Assembly (NCBI GenBank): GCA_020348925.1
Contig: CP070758.1
Span: 372,001-436,000, forward strand
DNA: 64,000 nucleotides
Source of the DNA: Gemmatimonadota bacterium
Lineage (GTDB): Bacteria; JBHIER01; G020348925
Reading direction: 5' to 3'
This document shows, one piece after another, positions 1-9,382 of this stretch. The position numbers and the translations under genes are program-made. Each line of letters begins with the position of its first letter. Positions within the stretch are counted from its first letter, which is position 1. Under the pieces are notes generated by a model. That model was not told where the DNA came from and did not search any database. It saw only the letters and a list, made by a program, of their open reading frames with translations.

Positions 1-3
1 TCC

Positions 4-570
4 ATGCCCACGCTGCGCAAGATGGCCAAGGATATCGGCAAGAATCATAAACTGGCTGAGCAGCTTTGGGCATCGGGCATTCACGAAGCCCGAATTCTGG
101 CCTGTCTCATCGATGATCCAATTCTGGTCACCGAAGAGCAAATGGACCTGTGGGTGGAGGATTTCGATTCCTGGGATGTGTGTGACCAATGCTGCATGAA
201 CCTCTTCGATAAAACAGATCGGGCGTACCAGAAAAGCGAGGAATGGAGCGAGCGAGACGAAGAGTTTGTCAAGCGCGCCGGTTTTGCCATGATGGCCGCT
301 TTAGCCGTTCATGATAAAAAGGCCGAAGATATCTACTTCAAACCCTTTTTCCCTATCATCAAAAGGGAAGCCATTGACGATCGCAACTTTGTTAAAAAAG
401 CGGTCAACTGGGCCTTGCGACAAATCGGGAAGCGAAATAAAAGATTGAACAGAGCTGCGGTCAGAACGGCCAAAGAAATACAACAGATTGATTCAAAAAG
501 CGCCAGATGGATCGCCTCAAACGCTCTGCGAGAGTTGACGAGTGAGAAGGTGCAGGCAAAATTGAAATAA
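4..570 (+). CDS. DNA alkylation repair protein (AlkD-like HEAT-repeat family), probably 5'-truncated by the window edge
   Basis: Motifs FDSWDVCDQCC, EFVKRAGF and DDRNFVKKAVNWALRQIGKRN are typical of the DNA_alkylation family. Confidence 0.85.
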   Translation: MPTLRKMAKDIGKNHKLAEQLWASGIHEARILACLIDDPILVTEEQMDLWVEDFDSWDVCDQCCMNLFDKTDRAYQKSEEWSERDEEFVKRAGFAMMAALAVHDKKAEDIYFKPFFPIIKREAIDDRNFVKKAVNWALRQIGKRNKRLNRAAVRTAKEIQQIDSKSARWIASNALRELTSEKVQAKLK

Positions 571-644
571 AGCTTTAGGTGAAGGCTCCAATTCCAAATA
601 CATTCACTCAATACATCAGAATCACCAGGAAGGAGAAACGAAAA

Positions 645-1013
645 ATGCCGAGAGTCATTCATTTCGAGATCAATGCGGATAACCCTAAGCGCGCGGTCAG
701 GTTTTACTCGGATGTCTTTGGATGGGAAATACAGAAGTGGGAGGGACCGATGGAGTACTGGCTCATCTCCGCCGGGGAAAAAGACGAGCCCGGCATCGAC
801 GGGGCCATCACGAAACGTCAGCATCCGGACGTTTCGACCGTCAACACCATTTCAGTCCCATCGATTGATGACTTTATGGAAAAAGTAACGGGCTGTGGCG
901 GTCGCATCGTGACCGAGAAGACCACCATACCCGGGATCGGCCAATTCTGCTACTGCCAGGACACGGAGGGAAATACATTCGGGATCATAGAGGAGGAAAA
1001 ATCCGCAGAATGA
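645..1013 (+). CDS. VOC/glyoxalase family protein
   Basis: MPRVIHFEINADNPKRAVRFYSDVFGW...GIDGAI...DTEGNTFGI; AGGAG RBS at 631-635 before ATG 645. Confidence 0.9.
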   Translation: MPRVIHFEINADNPKRAVRFYSDVFGWEIQKWEGPMEYWLISAGEKDEPGIDGAITKRQHPDVSTVNTISVPSIDDFMEKVTGCGGRIVTEKTTIPGIGQFCYCQDTEGNTFGIIEEEKSAE

Positions 1014-1035
1014 AGATCCATGCGATGAGAGGGAG

Positions 1036-2421
1036 GTGAAGGGGCTCTCGATGAAAAATATTATCGCCCTGTTTTTACTCCCTGCGATTGTATCTCTCGG
1101 AAACGCCCAGCAATTTCAGGAATTTCTCAGTCGTGTCAATTCCGCACCGGATTCACTGAAACCCGCCATTGTAGATAGCTTTATGGAAGCAGTGGAAGGG
1201 TTCCCTCTGATCGAACATGACATGTTTGCCCATTTCATATACCGGGGCAATGCCAACAGAGTCAACGTTCCCGGAGACGCCAATTCCTGGGATCCGAGTG
1301 CGTACCCCATGACCCGAGTCGAGGGCACCGATCTTTGGTATATGAAACAGACGTTCGAATCGGACGCCCGCCTCGATTACAAGTTCGTCCTCAACGGAAG
1401 TGCCTGGATCCTTGATCCCCTAAATCCCCACCGGGTATCCGGGGGGTTTGGCCCCAACTCGGAATTACGCATGCCGGACTATGTCCCCGCGCCGGAGATC
1501 GAGTACTATCCAGATATTCCCCATGGCGCTCTGTGGGACACGACCTTTTTCAGCCCTCAGTTGGGAAATTCCCGAAGGATTCGGATCTATACGCCTCCCG
1601 GGTATGAAACATCAAGCGATAGCTTCGGAACGATCCTTTTCCACGATGGCCTTGAATATGTGTCACTAGCCAATACGGATAATGTTCTGGATTATCTCAT
1701 CTGGCACAATTGGATCCAACCCGTCATCGCCGTCTTCGTGCCTCCCGTGAATCGGACACCCGAATATGCCGGCAATCAAAAAGATGAATTTACGGCTTTT
1801 ATTGTTGATGAAATCATTCCCTGGGTCGATTCCAAATATCGGACTATTCAAGATCCGGCTTACCGATCAACATTGGGTGCTTCCAATGGAGGAAATATCG
1901 CCTTGTGGTTAGGACTGCAGCATCCTGAAGTCTTCGGAAACATTGCAGCACAATCCAGCAACGTCGAAACATCTATCTCAAGCGGATTTCAGAATAGTCC
2001 AACGTTGGATGTAAAGTTCTATCTCGATTTAGGAACGTACGATATACAATTGCTCATCCCTCTCGTTCGAGGCTTTAAAGAAATCCTGGAATCGAAAGGC
2101 TATACCTTTGAATATTACGAATTTCACGAAGGACACAGTTGGGGCAACTGGCGAGCCCACATCGACAATACTCTCGAATTCTTCTTTCCAGCGGATACGA
2201 CACAACTGAAAGGGGACGTGAACGGCGATCGTACGATAGACGTCATGGACGCACTCTTAGCTATAAATATTTTATTGGAAATTTCCGAACCTACGGCAGA
2301 GGAAATACAGGCAGCAGATTGTAACGGTTTGATGAACATCTGCGACGGTGATGGGGCCGTCAATATTCTGGATGTGATCAAAATCATTCGGCTAACCCTT
2401 GACCTGGAGGCATGTCAGTAG
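1036..2421 (+). CDS. Secreted enterochelin-esterase-like (Fes/alpha-beta hydrolase) esterase with N-terminal Ig/CBM48-like domain and C-terminal dockerin
   Basis: Signal peptide; YKFVLNG...WILDPLNP; GASNGG nucleophile elbow; EGHSWGNW; C-terminal duplicated Ca-binding motifs GDVNGDRTIDVMD and DGDGAVNILD. Confidence 0.85.
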   Translation: MKGLSMKNIIALFLLPAIVSLGNAQQFQEFLSRVNSAPDSLKPAIVDSFMEAVEGFPLIEHDMFAHFIYRGNANRVNVPGDANSWDPSAYPMTRVEGTDLWYMKQTFESDARLDYKFVLNGSAWILDPLNPHRVSGGFGPNSELRMPDYVPAPEIEYYPDIPHGALWDTTFFSPQLGNSRRIRIYTPPGYETSSDSFGTILFHDGLEYVSLANTDNVLDYLIWHNWIQPVIAVFVPPVNRTPEYAGNQKDEFTAFIVDEIIPWVDSKYRTIQDPAYRSTLGASNGGNIALWLGLQHPEVFGNIAAQSSNVETSISSGFQNSPTLDVKFYLDLGTYDIQLLIPLVRGFKEILESKGYTFEYYEFHEGHSWGNWRAHIDNTLEFFFPADTTQLKGDVNGDRTIDVMDALLAINILLEISEPTAEEIQAADCNGLMNICDGDGAVNILDVIKIIRLTLDLEACQ

Positions 2422-2447
2422 CAGATTAGCGAGAGGATATAATAACA

Positions 2448-2528
2448 TTCCCCCCTTTTCTAAAGAGGACATAGGGGAATTGGACATGAGAAACAAATCC
2501 CTTCTCACTCCTCTTTAAGAAAGGGAAA
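2448..2528. repeat. Imperfect inverted repeat, REP-like (CCCCTTT...AAAGGGG type)
   Basis: ttccccccttttctaaagaggacataggggaatt pairs imperfectly with aaatcccttctcactcctctttaagaaagggaa. Confidence 0.45.
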
Positions 2529-2556
2529 AACAGAACTGTCCCCTTGTCGAGAGCTA

Positions 2557-2710
2557 AGCTCTCTCTGGTCGCTCACTTCTCCAGAGGATCTGGCCGACCG
2601 GCTGGCTCTGCGCGATCCTTCGCCTGCTCGGATCGCTCCGCTGACACCCTTGAAGGGGGCTTCCCCCTCCAAGCCCCACCTGCTTTTCTGAAATTTGTAG
2701 AATTCCGAAA
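2557..2710. repeat. Dispersed ~155-bp intergenic repeat, copy 1 (copy 2 at ~31212-31368)
   Basis: Shared blocks tggtcgctcacttctcca, cgcgatccttcgcc, gctcggat, cacccttgaaggg, ctgaaatttgtagaa(a)ttccgaaa in the same order. Confidence 0.85.
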
Positions 2711-2788
2711 GGTCGAGTTCGTGAGCATTTGGTTTTCCCGGCAAATCCGATCTGTCGAAGATTAATCCGGTCAGATTGGACATTTCTT

Positions 2789-5188
2789 ATGACTCAAACA
2801 ATAATATCTTCTATCCTTTTTCTGTTTCTTCTCGCAACTGCTTCCACTCACGGGACCATCATCTACGTCCCCGATGATCAATCGACCATTCAGGCCGGTA
2901 TCGATGCGGCGAGTAACGGCGACACCGTAATCGTCGATGCCGGAACCTACACTGAGAATATCAACTTCACCGGCAAGAACATCGTCGTGGGCAGCCTCTT
3001 TCTCACGACTGGAGATACGTCTTATGTATCCCTAACCGTCATTGACGGAAACGGAATGGGCCCTGTTGTAAACATCTCGAATGGGGAGGATTCAACCGCA
3101 ACCCTGGTGGGATTCACCATCACAAACGGGAATGCCTGGTTGTCAGGAGGCGGGATTTCATTTGAGGGTTCCGCTCCGAAGCTTCTGCACCTCCATATCA
3201 AAGCCAATGATGCGTACTACTACGGCGGCGGAATCTATTGCCGGAAGGCCCATCCGAGGCTTGAGAACCTGCGAATCACCGATAATTTATCGCGCCATGA
3301 AGGAGGAGGGGTGTTCTGCGTGGAATCCAAGCCCCATTTGAAGAATGTGATCCTCTCTTCCAACAATACTTTTTATTACGGTGGTGGGCTGGCATGCTGG
3401 GATTCAAACCCTTTTCTCGAAAAAGTATCAATCATTAAAAACATGGCCATGGACAAAGGTGGCGGCGTATACTTTTCGAATTCACATCCGGAATTCCATC
3501 GGACGAACAGGTGTAATATATATCTTAACTATGCCGCCAAGGCTGGAAACGATCTCTATGCTTCCGATACATCCCTCGTATCGATCATTGTCGACACGCT
3601 GACTGTCTTGAATCCGGATGACATTTACTTGTATGCCGTCGGCATGTTTGACCTTGATGCCCTCCATGCGAGGGTGGAACAGGTCGCCGCCGATCTGTAC
3701 GTCAGTCCAGCCGGAAACGACAACAACACCGGTCTGACACCGGCACAGCCCTTACGAACCCTCAATCTCGCTTTACACAAGATCACTGCGGACAGCCTCA
3801 ATCCCAGAACCATATTCATCGCCAACGGCCGATACAGTCCCACCACCGGAGAGTTTTTCCCTCTGAAAATGAAGAGCTTTGTCACCTTGTCCGGCACATC
3901 CCGGGACGGTACGATACTGGACGCCCAGGGGCAGGAAGAGGATCTGTTTTCCCAGAACGGCGTTCTCCATATCGACGGCACTTCCTGGACATGGATTGAG
4001 AACATGACTATCACCGGAGGTTTCTCAATTTCTTCTCTCTCCCTGGGCGGAGGCGGTATCTACTGCAGCCGATCCGATCCCCACCTGGTAAATTTGCTCA
4101 TTACCGGCAATCGGAGCTCCGACGGCGGTGGATTGTATTTCACACAATCGACACCGTATCTGACACAGATCACCATCACCGAAAATTACGGTCACAGCGG
4201 CGGCGGCATTTTCTGCACCGAAACACATCCCGTCTTCAAAAGGGTCACCGTCGGAAGCAACAGTGCCCGAACAGGGGGTGGGATCTCCATCTCGTCCACC
4301 TCCGACGGAACCCTCGAAGAAGTTACCATCAAAAAAAACGAGGCCGAACACAGCGGCGGCGGCCTCGTTTGCAATATGTCCGCTTTTGACATGAAGAACT
4401 GCACTATCACCACCAACACTGCCGGCTGGGGCGGTGGCGGAATATACTGCCGACTCTCGACTCCCTACTTCGAGCGAGTGGTCATCACTCGGAACGAAGC
4501 TCCCCACGGCGGCGGCCTGTTTTGTACCCAAGCCGAGCCGTATCTTGTGAACGTCACCCTCAGTATGAACGAGGCTTCCCACGGCGGTGCCGTTGTGTGT
4601 GCTGACGGATCTCATCCGACCCTCGTCAACAGCATCCTCTGGAACGATGATCCCCAGGAGATCTCTTTCTACGAGTATTCAGATAAAAATGCTTTGACCG
4701 TATACTATTCGGACGTTCAACATGGAAGCGAAGGAATTGTGACCAACAATAATGGTATGGTGTATTTGATGGCACGAAATATCAACGCCGATCCTATTTT
4801 TACCGCTCCCCAGAACGACAATTTTGACCTCGACATTGCATCCCCCTGCATCGACAAAGGCATCCAGGATACGGTCCTGGTGTACTTTATCTGGTCCGCC
4901 CCGGAAACAGTATCGGTGCCAGCTCTCTCTTTCATCGGCAGGGCACCCAACATGGGCGCCTTCGAGAATGAACCCGGCTGCCCGGGGGGCGAGATCGGCG
5001 ATGTCAACGGTGACAGAGAAATGAATGTCCTTGACGTCGTGTTCGCAGTAAACCATATTATGGGGCTGTTCATTTTGGATGAACATGAAGGGTGCAGAGC
5101 CGATTGCAACCGTGATGCATATATTAACATTAGAGATGTAACTGGAATTGTATCACTCATAGTGACAACAGGAACATGTGAACCGTAG
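2789..5188 (+). CDS. Secreted right-handed parallel beta-helix (pectin-lyase-like/Pmp-repeat) protein with DUF1565-like segment and C-terminal dockerin
   Basis: Signal peptide; TIQAGIDAASNGDTVIV; many GGGIYC/GGGL repeats; LYVSPAGNDNNTG..PLRTL; C-terminal GDVNGDREMNVLD...ADCNRDAYINIRD. Confidence 0.8.
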   Translation: MTQTIISSILFLFLLATASTHGTIIYVPDDQSTIQAGIDAASNGDTVIVDAGTYTENINFTGKNIVVGSLFLTTGDTSYVSLTVIDGNGMGPVVNISNGEDSTATLVGFTITNGNAWLSGGGISFEGSAPKLLHLHIKANDAYYYGGGIYCRKAHPRLENLRITDNLSRHEGGGVFCVESKPHLKNVILSSNNTFYYGGGLACWDSNPFLEKVSIIKNMAMDKGGGVYFSNSHPEFHRTNRCNIYLNYAAKAGNDLYASDTSLVSIIVDTLTVLNPDDIYLYAVGMFDLDALHARVEQVAADLYVSPAGNDNNTGLTPAQPLRTLNLALHKITADSLNPRTIFIANGRYSPTTGEFFPLKMKSFVTLSGTSRDGTILDAQGQEEDLFSQNGVLHIDGTSWTWIENMTITGGFSISSLSLGGGGIYCSRSDPHLVNLLITGNRSSDGGGLYFTQSTPYLTQITITENYGHSGGGIFCTETHPVFKRVTVGSNSARTGGGISISSTSDGTLEEVTIKKNEAEHSGGGLVCNMSAFDMKNCTITTNTAGWGGGGIYCRLSTPYFERVVITRNEAPHGGGLFCTQAEPYLVNVTLSMNEASHGGAVVCADGSHPTLVNSILWNDDPQEISFYEYSDKNALTVYYSDVQHGSEGIVTNNNGMVYLMARNINADPIFTAPQNDNFDLDIASPCIDKGIQDTVLVYFIWSAPETVSVPALSFIGRAPNMGAFENEPGCPGGEIGDVNGDREMNVLDVVFAVNHIMGLFILDEHEGCRADCNRDAYINIRDVTGIVSLIVTTGTCEP

Positions 5189-5214
5189 CTTTTCAGGAAC
5201 GTTCGGAACTGCGA

Positions 5215-7155
5215 ATGTATTATAAAAAACGAAAAAATGCTGCGTGTGGAGCCGCACTCCTCTTCGCAATTGCGGCCATTGGTTCACATCTTGCCTCCCC
5301 TGACAAGGACAGACAGCTCGCACTTTTTCATCCGGCCTTGTTGGGAAAAGTTGCGGCGAGCCCATACGATCATGCTCTTGTCGGCATTGCCCCGAGCGAG
5401 GACTCCTCCCTCGGGGAAAAGGCAGCACCTCTCGAATCCGATTTGACCTATGAACAGGTGGATGCTGTTACCAGGCTCGCCGTTCAGAGAGCGGGTGGAC
5501 TTGACAGCATCATTCAACCGGGGGATTGGGTTGTTCTCAAGCCGAACATCGTCACCTTTTATGGTCAACCACACCCGGACGGTTGGATTCGGGGCCAAGA
5601 CACAGACCTTCGTGTCATACGAAGCCTCATTCAACAGTTGATAGAAGAAGGGGATGCGTCTCGCATCACCGTGGCGGAGGGTGGTGTCTGGCGCAGGACG
5701 GAAGATCGAAGATGCTCGGAGGAAACGGACGGTTGGAAAGTCCATTGGCCGCATTTTGGGAATTTATCCTACGAGGACATGATTGCCGAGCTCGATGCCA
5801 TGTATGCGGCTGTTCACATCGATCTCGTGGATTTAAATTACGATGACTATACCTCAAACGTACCCGTACCTGGCGGTGGATTCGCCCTGGACAGCTACTC
5901 GGTTCCGAACACGATTCTGAACTGCGACCGTCTCATCTCGGTGGCTGCCATGAAGACCCATCACCGTACCGGAGTTTCTCTGACCCATAAAAACTACGTC
6001 GGCATCGCGCCGGCTCAAGTATACGGAGCCGGCGGTTGGTCCAAGTGGGGGCTTCCTCACGACATGATTGAGCGCGTTGTCTGCGATCTCTTCTCCTATC
6101 ATCCGGCCGACTTGGGCCTTATTGAGTGCTTTTGGGGCACCGAGGGCTACGGTCCTCAATGGGGGAATCCCATTAAAAGGAATATGGTGCTGGCAAGCAC
6201 TGATCCGGTTGCAGTGGATGCGGTGGGCGCATATATAATGGGTTTCAACCCCTGGGATATCGACCACCTCCATTGGTCACACAACAAAGGCTATGGTTTC
6301 AACGATCTCAATAATATCATACTGAACGGCTCTGAATGGGATGCTATTATGCATGACTTCGAGAAAGCGAGGCACGACGATAAACGGTACAATTTTAACT
6401 TGGCTTTTTATTACGGGAGGGGCAACCGAACGTGGCTCATCAACGGGAAATACAGCGGCAGCGATCTGAACCACGATTACCTCGGCGGCCTGGAATCGAC
6501 GATCTCGCCTACGAAAGGAGACATTACCTCTGGTAATGTCTGGTCCGAGTTCACCGGAGTCGATGACCATATCGATCTTCTACAATACTGGAACGAAAGT
6601 GCAAGCAACTGCATTACGTATGCTTTCACACGAATAACATCCGACTGTGCCAGGACAGCATATCTCCGGTTCGGCAGCGATGACGGTATAAAGATCTGGT
6701 TGAACGGGGAGGTTGTTGACTTCAACGCCAATACCGGTGGGTTCTGGCTCGTTGAAAACGCAGACCCGGCCAGTGGAAATTATGGAACACCGGTTCATTT
6801 TCTGGAGGGGGAAAACAGACTTCTGCTGAAAATCAAAAATGGATATGGGGATTATGGATTCAGCCTGTGTGTGTGTGAAGAAGACGGCGATACACCCCTT
6901 TGGATCAGGTACCATCTCAATCCGCCGACGCCATCCAGCATCAAGGGTGATGTGAATCGTGATTATGGGATCAATATCATGGACGCCCTCATGGTCATAA
7001 ATATAATACTGCAAACCGTCGAACCCTCATCTGAGGAACTCTGGTCTGCCGATTGCAACGGCCCCCAGGAAAACTGCAAAGGCGATGGCGGCGTCGATGT
7101 CCTGGACGCTCTCAAGATCGTCAACCTCATCTTGGAGCTGGACGAGTGTCCTTGA
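5215..7155 (+). CDS. Secreted DUF362-domain protein with beta-sandwich (GSDDG) module and C-terminal dockerin
   Basis: GDWVVLKPNIV, ITVAEG, MKTHHRTGVSLTHKNYVG, ASTDPVAVDAVGAYIMGF (DUF362 motifs); LRFGSDDGIKIWLNG; dockerin GDVNRDYGINIMD...GDGGVDVLD. Confidence 0.8.
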   Translation: MYYKKRKNAACGAALLFAIAAIGSHLASPDKDRQLALFHPALLGKVAASPYDHALVGIAPSEDSSLGEKAAPLESDLTYEQVDAVTRLAVQRAGGLDSIIQPGDWVVLKPNIVTFYGQPHPDGWIRGQDTDLRVIRSLIQQLIEEGDASRITVAEGGVWRRTEDRRCSEETDGWKVHWPHFGNLSYEDMIAELDAMYAAVHIDLVDLNYDDYTSNVPVPGGGFALDSYSVPNTILNCDRLISVAAMKTHHRTGVSLTHKNYVGIAPAQVYGAGGWSKWGLPHDMIERVVCDLFSYHPADLGLIECFWGTEGYGPQWGNPIKRNMVLASTDPVAVDAVGAYIMGFNPWDIDHLHWSHNKGYGFNDLNNIILNGSEWDAIMHDFEKARHDDKRYNFNLAFYYGRGNRTWLINGKYSGSDLNHDYLGGLESTISPTKGDITSGNVWSEFTGVDDHIDLLQYWNESASNCITYAFTRITSDCARTAYLRFGSDDGIKIWLNGEVVDFNANTGGFWLVENADPASGNYGTPVHFLEGENRLLLKIKNGYGDYGFSLCVCEEDGDTPLWIRYHLNPPTPSSIKGDVNRDYGINIMDALMVINIILQTVEPSSEELWSADCNGPQENCKGDGGVDVLDALKIVNLILELDECP

Positions 7156-7204
7156 GAATGAGATACGAACGAATGGATCATATCTTCAATAAGGTGTTGT
7201 TGTA

Positions 7205-8068
7205 ATGACGGATGCGTTGAAAGAGTTAAAAGAAGAGATCAGAAAAGTCGGGAGGAGTAGCTCGAACTTGGCCAAATTACTGGCTCAATTTGAGAGGTTG
7301 CGTGCGCGTCCCGTAGATAACGCGTATACATTGGACGAATTGCTCGCAAAGATCAAGAAAATAGGTGCCACATATCACCTTGAAGAAATCGAGCCAAAAC
7401 TCAGATCATGGATCGACACATCTATGAGCGAGATTTCATCATCGAAAGAACGATTCAAACACGAGTTCGGACGCAATCTCCAGGAACTCCTTATAAACAA
7501 AGGGTTTGAGCTCGGCGGACGATACCCGGATCTCAAAGTAAAATTCTACACGATTCACATTGACTTCCCGAATGGCATCGCGTCACTCTTATTCGGCCAC
7601 GAGCCAATAAAGAGCAGAATTCCTCTTTCGCCAGAGAGCATAACGAGTGCGCTCGAGCCCGTTCATCGAAATTTGAACCGCGCCTTCAACCCTCTAAAAT
7701 TCATCGAACTTCTCTACGAGGCATACAGGCGTGTGTGCCTGATTCAAGAGCTTCTTCCGGGGGAGAAAGTTCCGATTATCGACGTACTTCAGCAGCTCGT
7801 CATTCTTGTCCAATCGCCTCAATTCAAAGCAGATCCAACGAAGGATCATTATCGAGGATACGGGCGGGCCCATTTTGGCTACGACCTCTATAGGCTCCGC
7901 CTCTCCAAGGCTCGCACCAACGAGAACCACGCTTTAGGCCTCATTACGGCCACCTTCGATGCCACACGAAATCGGGAGAACTTCATTTGGGTGCCGGATA
8001 ACGAGCGTGGCGACGGGACGACGTACGCCATGATCTTTTTTAAAAAAGTCGATTCCATACATCCATGA
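7205..8068 (+). CDS. Hypothetical protein, first gene of ATPase-ATPase-helicase operon
   Basis: 287-aa ORF with helical/coiled-coil N-terminus, 21 bp upstream of the first ATPase; no family recognised. Confidence 0.75.
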   Translation: MTDALKELKEEIRKVGRSSSNLAKLLAQFERLRARPVDNAYTLDELLAKIKKIGATYHLEEIEPKLRSWIDTSMSEISSSKERFKHEFGRNLQELLINKGFELGGRYPDLKVKFYTIHIDFPNGIASLLFGHEPIKSRIPLSPESITSALEPVHRNLNRAFNPLKFIELLYEAYRRVCLIQELLPGEKVPIIDVLQQLVILVQSPQFKADPTKDHYRGYGRAHFGYDLYRLRLSKARTNENHALGLITATFDATRNRENFIWVPDNERGDGTTYAMIFFKKVDSIHP

Positions 8069-8089
8069 GATCACCTGAGCGAGAAAAAC

Positions 8090-9382
8090 ATGAGCATACC
8101 TGACCCGCTTCTGGCAAAGAAAATTATCTATGTATTAGGGGCCAGTGGTACTCCTCCGGAGTTTGGGTCCCACTACTTCACCGCCGGTCTCGACCGATAC
8201 CTGAAGGTCATAGAGGATGAATACCTCGACGGTATCGTCAAAGAGGGCCTATCGGCTTTCAAGCTGGCCGTGGGAAGCTACGGCGGTGGGAAAACCCATT
8301 TCCTATACACCATAAGGGATCTTGCTTGGAAACACGGTTATGTGACCTCATACATCCCTTTGAACCCCGCGGAGTGCCCCTTTGATAAATTGGAGCTTGT
8401 CTACAAGCAGTTGGTCTCCAATCTGGCCTACCCCGTGTCGGAGGAGGCCTTGACCAGGGGCACCGAACGGGGAATCGATTCATTGATCAGGATCTGGTTC
8501 AACAGCGTCAAGACCGATCTTACCAGCGGTGAGAGTCAACAAGCTGTTCTCGTAGAATACGCACAATCACTCCAGGGTATTGAGAGCACGAGCTTCGCCA
8601 ATGGTGTCAAAAACTGCTTTCTCGCCCTTGTCGAAGGGAACGAGGACCGTTTCTCGCTCATCGCACAATGGCTCAAGGGGGAGGGATTTGAATCTCGAAC
8701 GTACGCCCCCTTCGGCATTCTGGAGCGTATCGATAAGACCACGGCCTTCCGAATGATGCGCTCCCTGACCCAGTGGATCCGGGCCATGAACTATTCGGGC
8801 CTCGTGCTCCTTTTCGACGAGGGGGAGCGGGCTTCGAGCCTGGCCAATTCCAGAGAACGCCGCCAGGCTCTGGACAACCTCCGCCAGATCGTGGACGAGT
8901 GCAGCAACGTTCGCCTTCCCAGCACCATGTTCTTCTACGCCATCCCGGACGATCGACAACTGCTGGATGGGAAGGAGGACGTCTATGAAGCGCTGAGCCA
9001 GCGGCTCCGGGGCGTCTTCTCCGGCCTGAATCCCTCCGGAGTGAAGGTCAACCTTGAAGAGCTCGGGATTGAACCCATTCCCTTTCTTCTCGAGGTGGGT
9101 CAAAAGATCGCCCACATTTATGAACTGGCTTACGGCACAGCATTTCCTGCGGAAGTACTTGAGATAACCATACGGAACCTGGCCGAATCGGCCTACGAGG
9201 AACGCTACGCCGATATCAGTTACCGGCGCCTCTTTGTCAAAGGGTTTATCGAAATTCTGCACCGCCTGCGCCAAAACCCAACGAGACCCATCAATAAGGA
9301 ATTGACGACGCACATTCTTCGTTTGGGACTCGAGTCCCTGGAAAGTATGGAGATGGACAGTATCGATGGCCGTGAATTCTAA
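8090..9382 (+). CDS. P-loop ATPase, DUF2791/BrxD-like
   Basis: N-terminal GTPP..G, Walker A GSYGGGKTHF, Walker B LVLLFDEGE, ALDNLRQIVD: typical of DUF2791. Confidence 0.8.
   Translation: MSIPDPLLAKKIIYVLGASGTPPEFGSHYFTAGLDRYLKVIEDEYLDGIVKEGLSAFKLAVGSYGGGKTHFLYTIRDLAWKHGYVTSYIPLNPAECPFDKLELVYKQLVSNLAYPVSEEALTRGTERGIDSLIRIWFNSVKTDLTSGESQQAVLVEYAQSLQGIESTSFANGVKNCFLALVEGNEDRFSLIAQWLKGEGFESRTYAPFGILERIDKTTAFRMMRSLTQWIRAMNYSGLVLLFDEGERASSLANSRERRQALDNLRQIVDECSNVRLPSTMFFYAIPDDRQLLDGKEDVYEALSQRLRGVFSGLNPSGVKVNLEELGIEPIPFLLEVGQKIAHIYELAYGTAFPAEVLEITIRNLAESAYEERYADISYRRLFVKGFIEILHRLRQNPTRPINKELTTHILRLGLESLESMEMDSIDGREF

Noticed and set aside
2505-2783. Short ORFs over the dispersed repeat (2544-2765, 2505-2783, 31127-31378) that share similar peptides
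   Set aside because: The similarity derives from the DNA repeat; starts, ends and RBSs are not conserved between copies.
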